Below, piece by piece: positions 1 through 8,276 of a stretch of DNA of 64,000 bases; within the stretch, counting starts at the first letter, position 1, and each line of letters starts with the position of its first letter. The stretch is from Calditrichia bacterium (GTDB lineage: Bacteria; Calditrichota; Calditrichia; RBG-13-44-9; J075), in NCBI GenBank assembly GCA_050633245.1, contig JBOEGD010000009.1:192001-256000 (forward strand), given 5' to 3'. The notes below the pieces were generated by a model. It was not told where the DNA came from and made no database searches. It saw only the letters and a list, made by a program, of their open reading frames with translations. The position numbers and the translations under genes are program-made.

Positions 1-115
1 GGTTTTTCTGCAAGGCAATTAGATTACAAAACTCTATCAAGATGCGCGGGTGAAGAGCACGATCATCTACGGTCTTCTTTGCTGCAAGATAGTCTGAATA
101 ACTGATTTTGGTCAT
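1..115 (-). CDS. Probable class I SAM-dependent methyltransferase, N-terminal part only (runs off the window edge)
   Basis: Not in the ORF track. Manual translation from ATG at 115 gives MTKISYSDYLAAKKTVDDRALHPRIL, open to the edge. The start overlaps the GT4 stop (TGATG). YLxAKxxVDDRAL resembles the N-terminus of the methyltransferase that usually follows GT4 in this cluster type (from memory). Confidence 0.6.
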   Translation of the reverse strand, partial: MTKISYSDYLAAKKTVDDRALHPRILIEFCNLIALQKN

Positions 116-1191
116 CAAAATGCCTTCCAATTAATAGCGGTTGTATGTATGAACTCTCTTGCTCCGCTCATTGTTGTCTTCCAGTCCGGATGATTTTTAT
201 ACGTAGTTACTGCCGCGGCGGACATGCGCCCATAGATGTCTGGGTCCCGTAGTCTTCGCAGCGCAGCCGCAACGTGCACCTCATTGCCCGGTTCAGCCAA
301 AAAACCATTTATACTGTCTTTTACTATATCTACTGCACCACCTGCTGAAGAGGCAATAACCGGCAAACCAAAAGACATTGCCTCCAGATACACGATCCCA
401 AATCCTTCGTGTTCTGAAGGCATTGCCAACACATCATGACTCTCATATAGCTCAATCAACTCTTTCTGCGACACCGGGCCCTTAAAACAAACCCGATCAT
501 CCATCCCACGCATCTGTAGATATTGCCGAAGGTAGGCCGTGAAGCTAGAATCGATGTCGTTCCGTCCGACGATCGTCAATTGATATGGTGTTTCGAGATG
601 CACCACCATTCCCTGAATCAGCGTCCAGAGGCCCTTACGCGGAATAACGTTCCCGACAAAGAGTAAACGAGGTAAACCTTCCAGAGCGCGTCCCTCGGAA
701 ACAGTACTTGCTAAATGAGAGGCTGACGGATGCGCTATATGACTCCATTTCGGCAAACAATTCTGCTCGTGCACGGCCTCTAAAGTGGCATGACTGGTAA
801 AAAGCATACCATCAACAGAGCGCAGATAACGGCTCTCAATAAGGCGGTGCACTGTTGTAAATGGCCAATAAAAAGAACTCGCCTCTGAAATCCGCAGATG
901 ATGCACAATGCTAATCAATGGCACTTTTCCTCTTAACCGACGATTGAGGCACAGCAAGGAAGGATGATTAAGCTCATCCTGCAAAACAACATCGTATTTA
1001 CCAAGCTCTATTCTCTCCTCTAACCCCCGCGAAAAATTGTCCAAAAGATGTCGACCATAACTGTGCCAAGGCAAGGAAAGCACATCCACCTCATCACCAA
1101 GACTACGCAGGTATTCTACCAGCTTGCGGTCGTATAGATAACCACCTGATATCGTATCAAGGCTGCCGTATATAACCAGCGCAATCCGCAT
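115..1191 (-). CDS. Glycosyltransferase family 4 (GT-B)
   Basis: SGGYLYDRKL N-terminus, LLFVGNVIPRKG, EGFGIVYLEAMSFGLPVIAS. Start moved to ATG 1191, coupled to the upstream stop. Confidence 0.9.
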   Translation of the reverse strand: MRIALVIYGSLDTISGGYLYDRKLVEYLRSLGDEVDVLSLPWHSYGRHLLDNFSRGLEERIELGKYDVVLQDELNHPSLLCLNRRLRGKVPLISIVHHLRISEASSFYWPFTTVHRLIESRYLRSVDGMLFTSHATLEAVHEQNCLPKWSHIAHPSASHLASTVSEGRALEGLPRLLFVGNVIPRKGLWTLIQGMVVHLETPYQLTIVGRNDIDSSFTAYLRQYLQMRGMDDRVCFKGPVSQKELIELYESHDVLAMPSEHEGFGIVYLEAMSFGLPVIASSAGGAVDIVKDSINGFLAEPGNEVHVAAALRRLRDPDIYGRMSAAAVTTYKNHPDWKTTMSGAREFIHTTAINWKAF

Positions 1192-1574
1192 TAAACGTCG
1201 AGCTTGTGTGAATAGGATGCCCACGCAATGTTGTTTTCCCACAGACGCAGTGTAACTGCATCAAGCGTATCAACGTTGATACGCTCAGCTAATCGCAGAC
1301 AAAAAATTCGTGCAAAGTGTTCCACACTGGGATTCAAGCCATTAAACTCAGCAAGCTCATTTAGCGTTTTGTCCCTGAAATAGGAGACCTGATCATCAAG
1401 ATGTTTCTCGACATCAACAATATCCACCAAATACCCATGCTTATCGAGCTGACTACCCTGTAGAATAACCTCAGCTTCAAAATGATGGGAATGCCATTCA
1501 TTTTCTGCGCCCCAGTCGCCACCAATTAGGAAGTGCTGTGCGACGAAATCTCGCTTTACTCGTAATTCATACAT
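1191..1574 (-). CDS. 6-pyruvoyl-tetrahydropterin synthase / QueD-fold (COG0720) protein, atypical Cys-less subtype
   Basis: FVAQH...HSHHF Zn ligands, NPSVEHFA, LWEN. Reads WGAENEWHSH where QueD has CxxLHGH. Confidence 0.85.
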   Translation of the reverse strand: MYELRVKRDFVAQHFLIGGDWGAENEWHSHHFEAEVILQGSQLDKHGYLVDIVDVEKHLDDQVSYFRDKTLNELAEFNGLNPSVEHFARIFCLRLAERINVDTLDAVTLRLWENNIAWASYSHKLDV

Positions 1575-1587
1575 CTACAGATCCCTT

Positions 1588-2592
1588 CTATTGATATTCG
1601 AAAAGTACCTGAAAGATATTTTCGAACTGTTTATCTAACTGTTCATAGGCCTTGTTTGCATCTTCAATCCCAAACCGATGCGTAATAATCTTTTCAGGAT
1701 TCATTTTCTCCAGTGCTTTCCATGCACTTTTCATGCGTCGCATCTTAGACCACCTTCCTGATAATGCGGGATTAATCGTGCTAACCTGACTGGAGACAAT
1801 CTGAATACGGCTCCGGTGAAAAGACTCACCGAGATGTATTGCAGCAGTTTTACTTCCATACCACGAACCAATAACAATACGTCCGTTAAAGCGGGTCCAC
1901 TTTATTGCCGTATTTAACGCTTCGGGATTTCCCGACACTTCAAAAAAGACATCTACCGGCCCCAGCTCAGGAATCGTCTTAACATCGATATCCTGCAGAC
2001 TAATTGTTTTTACTCCGAGCTGATCTTCAAACAGTTTCCTCCTGGAAGCCAGTTTTTCCACGACTGCAAGTGACTCCAGTGGAAAGGTTTGCAGCAGCTG
2101 GGTGAGTAAATAACCAACAACTCCCCCGCCCTGCACCAGTATCTGTTCGTCATAAATCGGGGCACCGTCATGCAGTAAGGAAACGGCTGTTTCCATATTT
2201 GGAAGCAACACGGCTTGTTCCCAACTGACCCCGTCAGGAATTTCAATCAAATCTAAGGCAGTGACAACAGCATGTGTTCCATGAGGTTGGAAAGAGAAGA
2301 CACGTTTCCCCAGCCATTTTTGTTCTACATCTTTGCCGATAGCCAACACTTCTCCAACAAAGGCATAACCATATTGAAGTGGATATTCAACCGTATCAGT
2401 TAGGTTACTAATCGCAAGATCAAGAGGCATATCCTTTGGTAGTTGACCTCGATAAGCCAACAGCTCGGTTCCTGCCGAAACAGCTGAAGCACGCGCTTTG
2501 ATCAATAACTGCTCTGCTTCGAGTTTTGGCAGAGCGGTCTTGCGCAATTCAACCGTTTTGTTTCCGTTAAACCAAAGTTCTGTCGAAGTCAT
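1588..2592 (-). CDS. MDR-family (zinc-type alcohol dehydrogenase-like) oxidoreductase
   Basis: SAVSAGTELLAYRG, GYAFVGEV, Rossmann VQGGGVVG, SWYG, SSQVS. Confidence 0.85.
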   Translation of the reverse strand: MTSTELWFNGNKTVELRKTALPKLEAEQLLIKARASAVSAGTELLAYRGQLPKDMPLDLAISNLTDTVEYPLQYGYAFVGEVLAIGKDVEQKWLGKRVFSFQPHGTHAVVTALDLIEIPDGVSWEQAVLLPNMETAVSLLHDGAPIYDEQILVQGGGVVGYLLTQLLQTFPLESLAVVEKLASRRKLFEDQLGVKTISLQDIDVKTIPELGPVDVFFEVSGNPEALNTAIKWTRFNGRIVIGSWYGSKTAAIHLGESFHRSRIQIVSSQVSTINPALSGRWSKMRRMKSAWKALEKMNPEKIITHRFGIEDANKAYEQLDKQFENIFQVLFEYQ

Positions 2593-3314
2593 TTACTTCT
2601 CTCCTCTGGAATGAGTCGTAAAATAAGATCACGTCCTGCCTGAGCTCGCTCTCGAATGATCAGTTTTTCAAAGACCCGATCATTATCACCGGAAAGAACG
2701 TGTAGCCCTCTGACAAAAACCGGAGCGATAGTTACAATAAGCTCATCCAGCATTCCCGAGTGCAAAAAGCTGGATATAATACGCTGTCCACCCTCAACCA
2801 TCAAGCACTCAATGCCATTCTCTTTAAGCAATGGAAGCAGCGATGTCAGATCCAGAAATTCCTTATCCAGCATGCCAATTGAGAAAACCCGGGCACCGGC
2901 TTCGCGAAGTGCACTGGCTTTATTCTCACAAGCATTTTCCGAAGCAATGATCCATGGTTTCTTGCCGTTCTCCCGCAGCAGCCCGGAATCCAACGGCATG
3001 CGAAGTTGGCTGTCCAAAACTATTGGCTGAGGGCTTTCGCCACAAACAAGTCGGGTTGTTAACTTCGGATCGTCACTAAGCACCGTGCCGATTCCAATTA
3101 GAATACCGTCGCACATTGCTCTTAGTTGGTGGGCAAATCGCAACGATTCAGGACAGCTCAGCGCTATCGGCTTTCGGTCACTGCTGCCTATCGAACCGTC
3201 AAGACTCTGAGCATAGCAGAGGATTGTGTAGGGTCGACGACTCTCGAAGCGTTTAGCTGCCCTACCCGTTTGCATAAGCAGCTTTTCAATATGTTTGGTG
3301 GAAGGGTTAGTCAT
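2589..3314 (-). CDS. RibD C-terminal domain (pyrimidine reductase / DHFR-like) protein, stand-alone
   Basis: YAQSLDG, ILIGIGTVLSDDPKLTTR, LMVEGG. No deaminase domain. Confidence 0.88.
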   Translation of the reverse strand: MTNPSTKHIEKLLMQTGRAAKRFESRRPYTILCYAQSLDGSIGSSDRKPIALSCPESLRFAHQLRAMCDGILIGIGTVLSDDPKLTTRLVCGESPQPIVLDSQLRMPLDSGLLRENGKKPWIIASENACENKASALREAGARVFSIGMLDKEFLDLTSLLPLLKENGIECLMVEGGQRIISSFLHSGMLDELIVTIAPVFVRGLHVLSGDNDRVFEKLIIRERAQAGRDLILRLIPEERSK

Positions 3315-4281
3315 GAGCCCCTTCCTTAACCAGCCATTTTCCTCGCAGCATCTGTAAGCGATCTGATAACGGGGGAAAAATGCCGGTAATTGTGGCGTAA
3401 ATCAGTCCAACACAGACAAGACTAACATCCCGAAAGCGCATCAAGAGTACGGCGCTAAGGGCAAGGTTTGTATCAATCGCGCACAGCTCAGCTGCTAGTA
3501 GAATAGCTGCTTCCAATATTCCAGCAGCGGCAGGAACCGGCAACGGAAGCCAGAACGCCAGGCGGATTGCCAAAAGCATCGTCAGCAAGTCATGCAGGTC
3601 TAACATCACTCCGACTGCAGCAAAAATCAGCCAGAGTTCGGCGATAAATAGCATCCAGATAATAAACGTCAGTATGGCAATGTGAGAAAGTCGAAGGGCA
3701 TCTTCCCTTGTTATGGTAACGGCTGATGTTTTTTTGCGCCAATAAAAGTAACTCAGCAAGGTGATGAAAAAACACCCAATACCTACGGAGATAAAAAACA
3801 CGGTGTCCAACGCAATGTTCAGGTGTCTGAAGAGCGCGGCTCCATAGAAGAAACTGAGCAGAAGTACCATAACAATATTGCCGACAAAATCGACACCGCG
3901 TTCAGTAACAACGTGCTTTAGCGCTTCTTTTGAAGAGAGTGCATTATTTTGAACCAGCAGTCCGATTTGGAGCGCCTCGCCACCGATCTGAGTGCCCGGC
4001 GTGATGTAACTGAAGGCAAATCCCGAAAGTCGATTCATGGCAAGCATAGTCAGTGGTAGATGTTCAGTCAACAGCACTTGCCAGCGGCGGGCAATAATAA
4101 ACAGAAGAAGAAAATTAACAAAGAACAACAGGAGTAGCACAACAGGAGAGACACTTTGAATGCCCTCCAGAATCTTTCCTGCATTTAAGTCTTTATAAAA
4201 ATCAGCCGAGAAAAATAAGGCAAGGCCGAAAACCAAAGCCAACATTCCATATTTTAGTAAAGTAATCATCGGTTTAGCCAT
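3307..4281 (-). CDS. Lysylphosphatidylglycerol-synthase TM / flippase-like (UPF0104) membrane protein
   Basis: Polytopic, with ARRWQVLL, FSYITPGTQIGGEA, ERGVD, PAAAGILEA and LLMRF motifs typical of this family. Confidence 0.8.
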   Translation of the reverse strand: MAKPMITLLKYGMLALVFGLALFFSADFYKDLNAGKILEGIQSVSPVVLLLLFFVNFLLLFIIARRWQVLLTEHLPLTMLAMNRLSGFAFSYITPGTQIGGEALQIGLLVQNNALSSKEALKHVVTERGVDFVGNIVMVLLLSFFYGAALFRHLNIALDTVFFISVGIGCFFITLLSYFYWRKKTSAVTITREDALRLSHIAILTFIIWMLFIAELWLIFAAVGVMLDLHDLLTMLLAIRLAFWLPLPVPAAAGILEAAILLAAELCAIDTNLALSAVLLMRFRDVSLVCVGLIYATITGIFPPLSDRLQMLRGKWLVKEGAHD

Positions 4282-5366
4282 TTTTCTTCAGGCTCCCAAA
4301 TTGCGGAAGCACCTGCTCCGAGAAGTGCGATCGTCGAGCAATAGGCCAGAGCAAGTTGGGCATATCGGCCAGAGTTCTCACTCATCACATACCAGCCTAT
4401 TAGAAGCATCAGCGCGACAGCTATTGTTCGTGCGGCAATCCCAAAGGCAACAGCAAACGCAAGAATCAGCATCAGAAGATAATATTCATGTTCTCTGAAC
4501 TCTACTACAACCACAAAGCAGAGAAAAAAGCGTAGCACCAGCGGAAGCGTATAGAAGAGACTGCGATAGAGGATCGTGCGTAAGCGTGCATATTGTTTTT
4601 TTGTGCTATCCATCTTTCCGCATACCGTTAACCAATCAAAAATAAATCCGGACAGGAAGAATAGCATATAGATTCTTGCAGGGATGTTCACCGCCTTCAG
4701 AGAATATACGCCAAACAACGTCACAGCAACAAACCCCATCAAGAAGCCGGCCATGGTACGTCGAAACGTGCCCGGAACCAGGGGCTGCAATAACCGCCCG
4801 TTCCGCTCTCTAATTCTTGCTGCAATCATAAACATGTAATACGCGGTTCCTACTGCAATAAACTCGGGTGGAAGCATTTGATGTCTTACGGCGACGAACA
4901 CACCGACGGCCATTGCGAAACCATCTGTAACGGTATCTACTACACCGCCAAACTCGCTGAGGCTATTTGTTTTCCGAGCGATAAAGCCGTCAACCGCATC
5001 CAAAAGGATCGCGCCCAGAAAGCAAAGTGGCATTAAAAGCGCAATTGGGTCTGTCAGGCTGTTCAGCCCAAGAGTTCCACTAACAAAGGTCAACATTGTT
5101 CCACGTAGCAAAGTTATTCTGGTGGCGGCTCCCAAACCAGTTTGGGCTAAACGCCTTTGCTCGACAATATTTCCGCGTTTCCAACTTCTTCCAATCCGCC
5201 ACAGATAAAAACAAAGTGCAAATATGCTGAAAGCAATAAATTTCAGGCTTTCCAACTTATTCGAGTTTAAGACAATCAAATAAATAGCGGGAAGAAATCC
5301 TGATACAAAAAGCAGCAAAATTTCAGAGTAGATACGTTTTAAAAATGGCAGGTTTTGTGATTTCAT
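4266..5366 (-). CDS. CDP-alcohol phosphatidyltransferase family protein with extra C-terminal TM region
   Basis: Signature DAVDGFIARKTNSLSEFGGVVDTVTD (DxxDGxxAR...GxxxDxxxD); ITLLRG upstream. Confidence 0.88.
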   Translation of the reverse strand: MKSQNLPFLKRIYSEILLLFVSGFLPAIYLIVLNSNKLESLKFIAFSIFALCFYLWRIGRSWKRGNIVEQRRLAQTGLGAATRITLLRGTMLTFVSGTLGLNSLTDPIALLMPLCFLGAILLDAVDGFIARKTNSLSEFGGVVDTVTDGFAMAVGVFVAVRHQMLPPEFIAVGTAYYMFMIAARIRERNGRLLQPLVPGTFRRTMAGFLMGFVAVTLFGVYSLKAVNIPARIYMLFFLSGFIFDWLTVCGKMDSTKKQYARLRTILYRSLFYTLPLVLRFFLCFVVVVEFREHEYYLLMLILAFAVAFGIAARTIAVALMLLIGWYVMSENSGRYAQLALAYCSTIALLGAGASAIWEPEEKWLNR

Positions 5367-5378
5367 AACGGCTTTAGC

Positions 5379-5413
5379 AAAAAGGGCTCGATTGAAACAA
5401 TCGAGCCCTTTTT
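5379..5413. terminator. Intrinsic terminator hairpin (bidirectional) after actF
   Basis: AAAAAGGGCTCGATTG-AAA-CAATCGAGCCCTTTTT perfect inverted repeat with A/T tracts. Confidence 0.85.
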
Positions 5414-5434
5414 AAAAAGAATTTCAGAAGTGGA

Positions 5435-6493
5435 TCAGGATGCTTTCAGCGACTCGGATTCTCCACGGCTACGGATAACCAGCACAAAAACCAAGGCTGC
5501 TATCAGAAATTGTGGGATAACGATAATCCAGTTTAGCTGGACGTGATGATGAATCATAAAGAAGCGTTCAAGCAAAATCCCACCCCAGATAACAAAGCCC
5601 ATAATCATAACCATCTTGGGATTTGCTTTAACCTTGCGAGACATCAGCACCCAGAATGGTGTAATAAACAGAATCAGGATTACGGCAAACAGCGTATAGC
5701 CATATAGATCGAGGCGAGTAGTAAAGAACGATACCTCTTCCGGAATATTACCATACCAGATAACGATTAACTGAGAGAAAAATTGATATGCCCAGAAAAT
5801 GCTGAAGCCAAACATCATGGTCATCATATCCATCTGAGATTTTTTAAACATGCCGACAGGATAACGCTCGGCATAATAGTCGCTTAAAAAGAATGTAAAA
5901 ATTGCAGCCAGGGCAAGTCCTGAATAGAATGCTTCAACAAAGAAGTATGCACCAAACAGCGTACTTAGCCATGGAAACTCGAGGGACATAACCCAATCGA
6001 ATGCCACCATGGTTTGTGTAATTACATAGGCAAAAATATAAAAGATCGCCCACATAACCTTGCGCTTGCCGTCGTTTAGTGAAACCTTTGCATACGTACT
6101 GGCTACAACCCAACTAATAAGCAGAAGTGCCAGGTTTCTCCAGGTAAAAAATGATGTGTTTAACCATTTTCGTTCCAAGCCTTCAACGGGTGCTGCCCAA
6201 CCGTACACATTCAACTTGCCAAGCAGTACAAAACCGCCAAAGAGCAAGGCAATAAAAAGTATCATATGATGTGTAGATAGCATTTCGCGCTTATAAGGCT
6301 TTGCCCAATCGGATTCACAAACATCCACTGCTGCCATAATTGCTATCGGCCCCATAGACACCGCCACAAAAAACAGCATAGTGTAGAGCATAGATGTCGT
6401 ACCTTCAGCTGTAGCCATCTCCATTCCCACAATGGCAACGGCGGCTACCGCGAACACGACAAGAAGTTTAGGAAAGTTATTTGAAAATCCCAT
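5435..6493 (-). CDS. actF: Alternative complex III subunit ActF
   Basis: AFDWVMSLEFPWLSTLFG, WAYQFFSQLIVIWYGNIPEE; last gene of the act operon. Confidence 0.85.
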   Translation of the reverse strand: MGFSNNFPKLLVVFAVAAVAIVGMEMATAEGTTSMLYTMLFFVAVSMGPIAIMAAVDVCESDWAKPYKREMLSTHHMILFIALLFGGFVLLGKLNVYGWAAPVEGLERKWLNTSFFTWRNLALLLISWVVASTYAKVSLNDGKRKVMWAIFYIFAYVITQTMVAFDWVMSLEFPWLSTLFGAYFFVEAFYSGLALAAIFTFFLSDYYAERYPVGMFKKSQMDMMTMMFGFSIFWAYQFFSQLIVIWYGNIPEEVSFFTTRLDLYGYTLFAVILILFITPFWVLMSRKVKANPKMVMIMGFVIWGGILLERFFMIHHHVQLNWIIVIPQFLIAALVFVLVIRSRGESESLKAS

Positions 6494-6495
6494 AG

Positions 6496-6930
6496 TTACG
6501 CCTCGTCCTCAATTCGTATTACATATTCGTTGCCGGTCTCCTCAGGGAGATTGAACATTTTGCTGAATTTGGGAAATTTACCAAGCAGTAGCAGCCCTGC
6601 GAATGAAGAGAGCGCGCCCAACAGAATGGTTAGTTCAAATCCAACGACTACAAAGGGCACCCACGAAAGGAATGGTTTTCCACCTACAACCAACGGCCAA
6701 TCAAGAGAGGTCCACGCCTGCAGGGCAAATCCTGTGGTTACACCGGTGAGTCCACCAACAAGTGTAAAGTATTTCAACTTGCTCGGAGGGGTATATTCCT
6801 CAATCAGATGTTCAACATCGTGATCGGGATGGGGCATGAAAATATCCACCTTGTTTGGTGAAAGACCGCCATCAAAGAGCTCTTTTAGCTTTTTCATAAA
6901 GCTGTGCTTATCTCCAAAACGCCATTCCAT
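6496..6930 (-). CDS. actD: Alternative complex III subunit ActD (DUF3341)
   Basis: DIFMPHP, DWPLVVGGKP, FELTILLGA. Start moved to ATG 6930, coupled to the actC stop with GAGG upstream. Confidence 0.85.
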   Translation of the reverse strand: MEWRFGDKHSFMKKLKELFDGGLSPNKVDIFMPHPDHDVEHLIEEYTPPSKLKYFTLVGGLTGVTTGFALQAWTSLDWPLVVGGKPFLSWVPFVVVGFELTILLGALSSFAGLLLLGKFPKFSKMFNLPEETGNEYVIRIEDEA

Positions 6931-8276
6931 TATTCCACCTCCTCTTTTAGCTCGGTTACAGACAGAACCGGAATTGTGCGAGTAAACAGCAGGAAGAACG
7001 TGAAGAACCATCCAAAGCTACCGATGGTAATGCCCCATTCCGTCATCGTTGGCGTATAGTAACCAAAGTTGTAGGGGTCAAAATCCTGCGCCAAAGAGAG
7101 CACGATAATGTTAAAGCGCTCGAACCACATTCCAATATTAATTGGAATAGAGAGAATCCAGAGAAATAACAGGCTTCGTCTCAATCTTCGAACAAATAGC
7201 GTAAGAGGCGAAACCACGTTACATATAATCATTATCCAATACGCCCAGGCATAGTTGCCAGAGAGACGAAAGGCAAACTGATCGGCTTCATACACGTTAC
7301 CCGCATACACCGACAGTCCGAGTTCGACCATATAAGCATACGACACCACCAATCCGGTGAACATCAGCAACTTAGCCAGTTTTTCAAAGTCGTCGACTGT
7401 AATCAATTTTTCAAGGCCGTAGAGCTTACGCATCGGCACCATCAGCGTAATTACCATTGCACAACCGGAGAAGATAGCACCGGCGACAAAGTATGGAGCG
7501 AAGATGGTTGTGTGCCAACCGTAGACCGCGCCCATTGCAAAGTCCCATGATACAACTGAGTGCACAGACAATACCAGAGGTGCAGCCAGAGCAGCGAGGA
7601 ACTTATAAAGCTGATTGTAGTGCTGCCACTCACGGAAGGAGCCAGTCCATCCGAGTGAAAAGAAACCATAAATATGTTTCTGGAAACCGCTCTTCAAGCG
7701 ACGGGCAATGGCAAGATCAGGAATAAGACCGACATACCAAAACACCACGCTCACTGTAAGATAAGTACTTACCGCAAACACGTCCCAAACCAGGGGCGAC
7801 TTAAAGTTCACCCACAAATAGCGCTGGTTAGGATAAGGTAACAGCCAATAGAACAGCCAGACACGCCCAAGGTGGATCAATGGGAAAAGACCGGCAGTCA
7901 TAACCGCAAATACCGTCATGGCCTCCGCAGCGCGATTAAAGCGACTACGAAATGCAGCGCGGAATAGAAACAGAATAGCAGAGATCAATGTCCCAGAGTG
8001 AGCAATACCAACCCAAAATACGAAGTCTGTGATGTAAACACCCCAGCCAACCGGGTTCATAATACCAGCTTCACCAAGACCGTTGATAATTTGATTAGCC
8101 CAGGACATGGCGCCAATGGCGACCATACTGAGAGATATTATCAAACCAACAATGAAAAGCTTACCCGGTGTAGCAATGGCAGCATACACCGTTTCTTCCA
8201 TTTGGTTTTTCTGAGAGAGAACCTCTTCCGGGGACAGATTTTTACCGCCCTCGAGGGTTACCGTTTCAGAACTCAT
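6930..8276 (-). CDS. actC: Alternative complex III subunit ActC (NrfD/PsrC family, quinol-binding)
   Basis: WGVYITDFVFWVGIAHSGTLISAIL, HLGRVW, SPLVWDVFAVSTY, SVHSVVSWDFA, GMWFERF. Confidence 0.93.
   Translation of the reverse strand: MSSETVTLEGGKNLSPEEVLSQKNQMEETVYAAIATPGKLFIVGLIISLSMVAIGAMSWANQIINGLGEAGIMNPVGWGVYITDFVFWVGIAHSGTLISAILFLFRAAFRSRFNRAAEAMTVFAVMTAGLFPLIHLGRVWLFYWLLPYPNQRYLWVNFKSPLVWDVFAVSTYLTVSVVFWYVGLIPDLAIARRLKSGFQKHIYGFFSLGWTGSFREWQHYNQLYKFLAALAAPLVLSVHSVVSWDFAMGAVYGWHTTIFAPYFVAGAIFSGCAMVITLMVPMRKLYGLEKLITVDDFEKLAKLLMFTGLVVSYAYMVELGLSVYAGNVYEADQFAFRLSGNYAWAYWIMIICNVVSPLTLFVRRLRRSLLFLWILSIPINIGMWFERFNIIVLSLAQDFDPYNFGYYTPTMTEWGITIGSFGWFFTFFLLFTRTIPVLSVTELKEEVE

Noticed and set aside
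1191-1574. Queuosine or 7-deazaguanine DNA-modification locus
   Set aside because: No catalytic Cys, and no queC, queE, folE or dpdA nearby.
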